Shown here piece by piece: positions 55,687-64,000 of a stretch of DNA of 64,000 nt (positions are counted from its first letter, which is position 1; the number at the start of each line of letters is the position of its first letter). The stretch is from assembly GCA_951406725.2 (NCBI GenBank), contig OX597828.1:76074001-76138000 (forward strand), in the 5' to 3' direction. The notes under the pieces were generated by a model. That model was given only the letters and a program-made list of their open reading frames with translations. It was not told the DNA's origin and ran no database searches. The DNA is from Octopus vulgaris (Eukaryota). The translations under genes were made by a program, and so were the position numbers.

Positions 55687-56489
55687 ACAAAAGAAGCTTG
55701 AAAATTTACCAAATTCACATTTCGCTTCAAGTTATACGCTGATGGTGAGATGCCAGCAGTTCAGACATACGACAAACACAAAAGTTAAATATAGACACAT
55801 AAATTTTGTTTCTCTCGTATGAACTTAACAAACTTTCATGCACTATCTCGGAGAAATTCAGTCGCTGGCAGATCCTAGACTACCATATCTGTATGGTTTA
55901 GCTCGAGAAAGCGCAACCATCTACCACTGTAAAGTAGTAAAGCTTGAGCTCAGATATTCTTTTTGCTTTCAGGCATTGTTCATGTAGGCCCACGGTATCC
56001 AGTAGAATTCGTCTCGTTTTTGAAGCAGACTATGTGTGATGTGCGGGAGATTCCTTTGATATTTCTAAATAGCATATGGTATGCCAAGTTCAAAGTGACT
56101 CAGCAGACCCGGCTTGTATATGTGTGTGTGTGTGAGTAAAATTATCGAGGTGGAAGGAAATTTCTTGTGGCTTTCTTCTTCTTAGCGATCGCTAAATGCG
56201 GGTACGCTCCTTCTTCACCCTTTACAGCCGGCGTATCCTCGATATACTGCCATCGCCACCTCGTCCGCTCCCACGTGATCGCTCTCGCCCTCGCTGTCGT
56301 CGCCGCACTCCAGCAGTCACCTAGTTAAGGTGGTGGTCCAGCATGGCCGCAGTCAGATGACTGAAACGAGTAAAAGATTAAAAGAATATACGAGTTTAGG
56401 TGTGACGAGGTGGAAAGCAGAAAACTCGGAAACAGAGGAAAATGATTAATTTCTGACTGGAGGAAATAGAACTTTAGCAAGGAACTCAT

Positions 56490-56520
<31 letters not shown>

Positions 56521-56523
<3 letters not shown>

Positions 56524-57077
56524 GCCCTGATGCAGTACCAGGCAGTGGCTCTCGTGGCTTCTGATCTTAACTGATTGGAAGTGTTATCATGTACATTGTT
56601 TTGTCTTGGTATAAAAGATGGGCTACAGCAAATATTCTGTTCAATATCACAGATTTGCTTGTCAGTTGTTTGACCTTAACCAGTTGAGCATGTCCCTTAG
56701 TAGCTGACGATATGTACATCTCTGATCACGAGCAGAAGTAGTAGGGGAGCATCATAGCCATGTGTTGAGAGGGAATCTTTGGGGTTTGAATAGTTCACCT
56801 CTGGAAACATGGGTGGTTCTTTCAACATCCTTAAACAACCCTTATTCAGGGACCGTTTGAGCGGATGGGCTACTCAACCAGAAGAAAATTCTAACTGGGC
56901 CCCACCTGCAAGGTCATGTGCTGTTTATCTTGATATGAGATCACCATGTCGCGCACATATGGTTGTGATGCATGTGCCTGGTGTACCTTTATCAGACGGG
57001 TAGTCATGATGGGTATATTGGGCTTCGTATATTTTACCCCAGTGTCACTTTGATGGCATGAACTGCTCTCTCACTCA
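56521..57077 (+). mobile_element. Non-autonomous ~555-bp (TAA)n-inserting retroelement, apparently full length
   Basis: (TAA)n on both sides; homologous copies at 57236-57573 (-) and 47500-47848 (-); no credible ORF. Confidence 0.82.
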
Positions 57078-57573
<496 letters not shown>

Positions 57574-57587
57574 TATTATTATTATCA

Positions 57588-57618
<31 letters not shown>

Positions 57619-57635
57619 CATTATTATTATTATTC

Positions 57636-60576
57636 TATGTTTGACTTTTGCTTTATATTTGTACAAGTTGGCTCCAAGTCTCACCCAGAGACCTCAAGAG
57701 ACAACAGGGTTGGAAGTTCATGTTGTTGTTATGCCTAGTGTGCCATATATTTGGGGGGTGGGGATGTTGTACTAATGAATGTCTAAAAAGAAAAAAAAAA
57801 AGGTTTTTTTTTTTTTTTTTTTTTTAAACCGAAAATTATGTTTGTTTTAAACCTTGAGATTACATAGAGAGTATTTTGCGTAGGATATGAGCAGTTCCCA
57901 TGAGCACTATCTTTTGAACTTCTGCCATTTTTGGGTTTCCTGGTATCTGAGTTAGGTAGCTATCAGCCCCTTTTGCTATCATTCCCAGGGCACCTATGAC
58001 AACAGGTATTGTTTTAGTCTTCAGCTTCCACATTTTGCTGATTTCTATTTCAAGATCTTTATATTTGCTCAGTTTTTGGTAGGTCTTGACAGATACGTTT
58101 ATATCGATTGGGACAGTCATATCAATGAGGAGGCATGTTCTTTGTTTGAAGTTTTTCAATATGATGTCTGGCCTATTTGCATCTATCTTCCTGTCAGTTT
58201 GAATGGTGAAGTTCCAGAGGAGTGAGATGTGGTCATTTTCAAGCACTGGGGGTGGTTTGTGTTCCCACCAGTTTTTTTCATGGGGCAAATCCAGGTTTTT
58301 ACAGATTACCCAGTGAATATATTGTGCAGCTCTATCGTGCCTGTTGAGATACTCTGTAGGCGCTAGAAGACTGCACTTGGAGACCACATGGTCAATGGTT
58401 TCATTTTGTTGCTTGCATACACGACACGTTGGACTGCTTCTGATCTTTAATATGTTGGCCTGGTAGTTTCTTGTTGGTAGGCATTGATCTTGAGCTGCTA
58501 TGATAAACCCCTCTGTTTCAGATTTTAAGCCAGAGGCCATTAGCCATTGATGGGTCAGGGCTTTGTCGATATCTGCATTATTCGCTCTCTTTGGGTATTT
58601 GCCATAGAGAGGTTTTTCTTGCCATTTATTATTCAGAATATCTAAGGCCGCAGTTTTGGCACGGGTTTTCATGCGCCTAGCTTTTTCTGTGCTTGTTTCT
58701 TGTATATCTATCTCTAATTCCGAAATTGGTTGTATTCGGAATTCACTTAGATATTCCTTTGCCTGTTTTGTGACTGAGTATGATGCTTTCTTGTTTTCAT
58801 GTTTTGAGACAAGTTTTAGCATCCAGTCCTCAGAGTTTTTCAGGTAGGTGTCTAGGCCAATTGTAGCAATCTTCATTGTTATTGCCAGTTGCAAAAGACC
58901 ACGGCCTCCCTCTTTTCTTGGCAGATAGAGTCGTTCTGTATCTGCCTTAGGGTGGTGCATTCTATGCATTGTCAACAGTTTCCTTATTTTTCTGTCGAGC
59001 TGACATATTTCAGTAATTGACCAGTTAACAATATTGAAACTGTAAGTCACGACTGGTATAGCTAATGCATTGATTGCTTCGATCCTGTTTCTTGCATTCA
59101 GCTCTGTCTTGAGTATTGCTCTCACTCTTCGATAGCATTCTCTCCTGATCCTTTCCTTCATCTCTGAATGCCTTATTCCGTTCCCTTCAATTATCCCTAG
59201 GTACTTGTAGCTCTCCGCTGGGTCTAGTTCTTTTATGACATTCTGTTGGTCAAGGTTAACGTTAGATGTTTCTGTCATTTTTCCTTTGATAAAGGTAGCC
59301 TTTGCACATTTATCGAGGCCGAATTGCATTCTGATGTCGTCACTGAATTGTTTGACTATCGCTAGTAAGCCCTTGAGTTGTTGATCATTTTTTGCAAAAG
59401 CTTTAAATCATCCATGTAAACGAGATGATTTATATTTTTATCAAACATTTTATACCCGTACTGCGCGTCATTGAGCAGCTTTGAGAGAGGTATTAAGGAT
59501 AAACAAAAGAGGAGTGGTGACAGTGAGTCACCCTGGAAAATGCCACACGAAATTTTTACATCACCAGCATTTAGGAATTCACTGTCACTGTTCAGAGTTA
59601 GTGTGGTTCTCCATGATCTCATACTTACAGTCAAGAAGTTTCGCAGAGTTGGTGCTATCTTATACATTTCAAGGCATTTTCTAATCCAGCTATGTGGTAG
59701 GCTATCAAAAGCCTTTTTATAGTCTATCCAGGCTATTGATAAGTTTTTGTGTCGTTTGTGACAATCTTCTAAGATCATCTTATTGATGAGTAGTTGGTCT
59801 TTACAGCCGTAGGATCCACGTTTACATCATTTCTGTTCATTAGGGAATATGCTGCTGTCTGTTAAAAAACTATAGGTATATTCCGTCAGGACAGATGTTA
59901 GTGTTTTGTACATAGTTGTTAAGCAAGTTATGGGTCTATAGTTTTTTGGTTCATTTGTTTCTTCACTTTTTGGAAGCAGGAATGTTAACCCATTAACTAG
60001 CCAAGGAGGCATCCTACTAGGGTGTTGCAAAACATCATTGTACAGTTCTGTTAGCAGTTCATGGCTCTCTGGGAAGGCATTCAGCCAGAAGTTAGGAATT
60101 TTATCCTTTCCTGGAGACTTCCATTTGCTTGACCTCCTGAGAGCAGATCTTATATCTTCTACCTTGACACCCTCCCACTTTTGCTCTTCTAAGGGGTCCA
60201 GTTCTGTAGATATTCTGTCAATCCAGGGGGCCTTTTCGTTGTGTGTTTTTTCTTCTGCCCAGATTTTATTCCAAAATCTCTGCACTTCTTCTTTTGATGG
60301 TACAGACCCTGCAGTAAACGCTGTTTTTCCTATCTTCCTGTAAAAATTCTTGGTGTTATTTTTGAACATGTTGTTGTCCTTGAAAAATCTAACACGCTTT
60401 TCATACCTCGCTATGCGGGCAGCTTTGGCAGATACCTTTTGTTTGATGGTTTCTATGGTGGCATCAATATCAAGTATAGTTTTCATATTGTATTTTTTCA
60501 GTAATTTTTGGGTTTTTGTAGGTTTGGTAATCTTGTGAGCCTTAAGGTTTTTCAAATATTCAATGTAAGATCTAAA

Positions 60577-60577
<1 letters not shown>
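57636..60577 (-). mobile_element. Dong/R4-clade non-LTR retrotransposon, 5'-truncated, 2.9 kb
   Basis: RT, CCHC knuckle, RLE and 3' UTR; (TAA)n at both junctions. Confidence 0.95.
57860..60577 (-). pseudogene. Reverse transcriptase / restriction-like endonuclease ORF, disrupted
   Basis: [84 protein letters not shown]. One nonsense codon (59827) and one frameshift (about 59395) join the three listed ORFs. Confidence 0.95.
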
Positions 60578-60635
<58 letters not shown>

Positions 60636-60643
<8 letters not shown>

Positions 60644-61006
60644 TCTTCATTAGCGAAGGCGAGAGTATTGTTTGTTTGTTTGTCCGTGGTGAACAAGATA
60701 TCTCAAGAACTGCCGGATGGATTTGGATGAAATTTTTATGGATGTTTGACCTCGTAAATCTCATGAACTGAGTAGAATTTAGGTTCGATCTGGTACCGGA
60801 CCAGGGCTCTGGAATATTTTTCCGTTCTTCAAAAATTTTATTTATTTTTATATTTTTGCTTAATTTTTGAGATCGGTCGGGTTTATTTTTAGTATTCTCG
60901 TTTATGAGAGCAGTCGAGTTTATTTCAGATATTCTCATTTAAAAAAATCATCTCTGGCTAATCGTTGAGAGGATGTTGGTACTGCCTTGGCAGAAGTTAG
61001 CGCTCT
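60636..61006 (+). mobile_element. Non-autonomous Helentron (HINE/DINE-1-like) or Crypton-like element
   Basis: Starts ttattacctc, has a (gttt)n-gtcc tract and gatatctcaagaac..ggatggatttggatgaaattt, ends ccttggcagaagttagcgctct. Confidence 0.55.
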
Positions 61007-61030
61007 TGTCCTCCTCCTCCTCCTCCTCCA

Positions 61031-61065
<35 letters not shown>

Positions 61066-61085
61066 CTGTCGTTGCTGTTGTTGTT

Positions 61086-61121
<36 letters not shown>

Positions 61122-62803
61122 ATTATTATTATTATTATTATTATTATCATTATTATTATTATCACGATTGCCGTTGTAAAACGACTGGGGCTATACGAGA
61201 TGTATAAAGAGAGACGAATCTCGTAGCATCAAGCAAAACATACACACACATACACACACACAAGGCATAAGGGCTGTTGTAGTTTACATGTATAAACATT
61301 GAAACGGCCCACGCTGCTACACAGTTGGTAGGGAGCCTTTTCTGAAAGTAAATGCTCGTCTTAGTGTGTAGGTAACCACTTCATTGATTTCTCACTTCAT
61401 TAAACGTCCATCAAGAACGAGACACTGCTCTAATAGATTTGATCAATTCCAATATATGAATGGTACTTACTGTATCGATCTCAGGATCTATGGAATAATG
61501 GAAAGAAATGCCTTTCAGACTTTAGTATAAAATCCTTTTACCTTTTAAGTTTAATCTTGTTGATGTTGACTTTAGCTTTCATCTTTGTGAAATCGATAGA
61601 ATAATTACAAGACAAACACTGCTGTTGTTGTGATATGTAGCCTCCCATCTTTGTTACATATCGTTCGTATTGTGATCGCTCTGCAGTGACACACACACAC
61701 TCTAAGAATCAAGTGGAATGTCCTACAGTAATTAGTGAGGTTTCTTTGTATCTTGAATTAAAATCCCGTCGATATCCAATTTTGGTTTGTGCTTTGTGAA
61801 GAATCCTTACAGCAACGAGCAGTCACGTTGTGTTTAGATTCAAGTCAATAATACTCATGGTGCGCTCATGTTGAACTTGTGGTTTTCTGCCAAAATTTGG
61901 GAAAGGAATTAATACTTGTTTTAATAAGGGATTATTATGATTTGAACTGAACAATGTGAAGAACCCTTCGTGTGTGTATAGTAGTATAATAGCGTTGGCC
62001 CACAGATATAGTTGGTATACATACATTCTATCGATATTGCGATGTTGATAGCATGTATACAACCTCTTAGTAGAAATCAGTCGGTAAGCACACCGAAAAT
62101 ATATGCAAAGATATTACCGTAGCAGCTTCTCCGTTCTTTCCGAGCGTCAAGCAAAAATACCTGCTTGTGTTGGGAGGCACTGAAGTTGAGGAAACAGACT
62201 TAACCACTACAGAAGTTTTGATTTCTTTCATCTCTCAATTTCCTAGTTGCTTGCTTACACAGACACACATAGACATAACCCCCCCTAACACACACACGAA
62301 TCACAGACAGACAGACACATACACACAGAATATTTTAGCGTAATAAAATGGTTAAGAAGTACTGAAACGTGAAAAATGAAGTGGTTTTGTCACGTAGCCC
62401 AACATATCAGTAATTCTCGTGAATATTGTCAGAGAAACCATTTACGGAGGAGCAATAGCAAAACTAGAGATAAAGGTGGAGATAAATAAGATGAGGGAAG
62501 TTGGGGAAAATACATAACGATGGTTGAAGGATGGGAGAGCGCGGGAAGGTATCCTTTGTTCTTGTAAAAAATTTGCCAACAACCGTGCGTGTGTTTTGTT
62601 GGCCCTATGACCCTTCTAAGATAGAAATGTTACAACACATAATGTCACAACATGGAAAAAAAAAAGAAAATTATGTGTGCGTTTATTTCTGTGTATGGAT
62701 ATGTGCGTGATTTAGTTATTTTTGTGTGTTTAAGAATACAGCATTTTTTAAGTTCCTTCTTTTTGCAGGGATTCGGTTGACAACTTAGTTAGAGAGAGAG
62801 AGA

Positions 62804-62855
<52 letters not shown>

Positions 62856-63518
62856 ATCAATGAGGTGCATCAATTTGCTAGAGATAGCAGTGAAATCACT
62901 CCCTGATCACGTTTTACCACCTTAAATAAAGAAATAATAGGTGAAATAATGTAGTCGTAGACTCTAAAATTACAGGGTGGTCATGACTGGAATGCTTTTC
63001 CTCATAATTTTGACCTGGAAATAAACAACAAGAGCACTACAGCCAATAATATTATGCATTATCTCGTCTTGTGTAGTAATAAAGTAAATGTCCGCCGTCT
63101 TTGTTATATTCTTTCCACCAGCAATCGCACAACTTTCTTATGGTTAAGTATTCTAAACGTAACAGCTAAATGACAATCCACCCTATTGAAAAGGGAGGGT
63201 CACATTGGGTTATGCATTTCAAGAGGTGTAATGCACAAGAATGGTGGAATTGTCACAACTGAAATACATTTGTCTATTGGTCTGTTCAGTGAGAACTGGA
63301 CTGGTGCTACAACAACCACCACAGCAAAAAACATGTTAAAGCGCAATAACTAGAAAGGTAAGACATGCTAATCCACCCACCCCATAATTAAGCCAATTCA
63401 ACAATCCCCAACCTCTCTATAAACTACTTTCTTCTACTCGACGCACTCTCTATGATTCCGGAATTCACCATTATTTCGACTTTCCTTAAGTTGATCTATA
63501 ACACCCAGAACCACCTCG

Positions 63519-63568
<50 letters not shown>

Positions 63569-64000
63569 TGTTGTGGTTCCGTAGAGAAAATCCAGTCACT
63601 GTATGTTGGTTCTATGATATAATATAATGTATTGGATACAGAATGTTGTTGTATATTATAACTGTTACCTGCTCCCTTCCTTCCTTATTTTATTAATCCA
63701 ATTCCATAATAGCTGGTTGGGCTGTTGGAAGTTGGTACACGTGTTGCGAATATGGCGACGGCTTTTCTTTGATAACGTTCTCAGTAATTCAAATGATGTT
63801 CCCAGAGTGTTTTCTATGCTTTCGAAATAATCATTTCCTTATTCTCATTCTATAGATATCCATATACGTTTACGTACATACTCCCATCTAAATACTCACG
63901 CACCCACATCCTCACACCCACACACACATACATACGTATACACACGCAAATATATGCATATATGTATATATATATATTTATTTATATACATATTCATGTT

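Noticed and set aside
63568-63855. Possible PLE endonuclease C-terminus on minus (ITENVIKEKPSPYSQ)
   Set aside because: Similarity too short and interrupted by stops.

Overview
AT-rich, microsatellite-saturated animal DNA. The SINE families and repeat landscape look like Octopus/coleoid cephalopod; this is inferred from recognition, not a database result. Almost all ORF-track entries are translations of simple repeats. The one host-type coding sequence is an intronless, 3'-truncated copy of the N-terminal 296 aa of myosin phosphatase targeting subunit (MYPT1/PPP1R12) at 46081-45068 (-), most likely a processed retrocopy. The rest is mobile DNA: (TAA)n-embedded Dong/R4-clade LINEs (one 2.9-kb copy plus four fragments) and a non-autonomous partner; (TA)n-embedded Penelope-like elements (three GIY-YIG remnants); RTE and CR1 LINE tails; tRNA/Nin-domain SINEs; a Tc1/mariner fragment; a pogo-type MITE; and a Helentron-like element. 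The most striking unannotated signal is roughly a dozen type-I hammerhead-ribozyme motifs in Penelope-like termini. These include a subclass with a 46-63 nt extended stem II, a U3-A8 compensatory core variant just downstream of the MYPT1 retrocopy, and long fold-back elements carrying hammerheads on both strands. All folds were paired by eye and none has been tested for activity.
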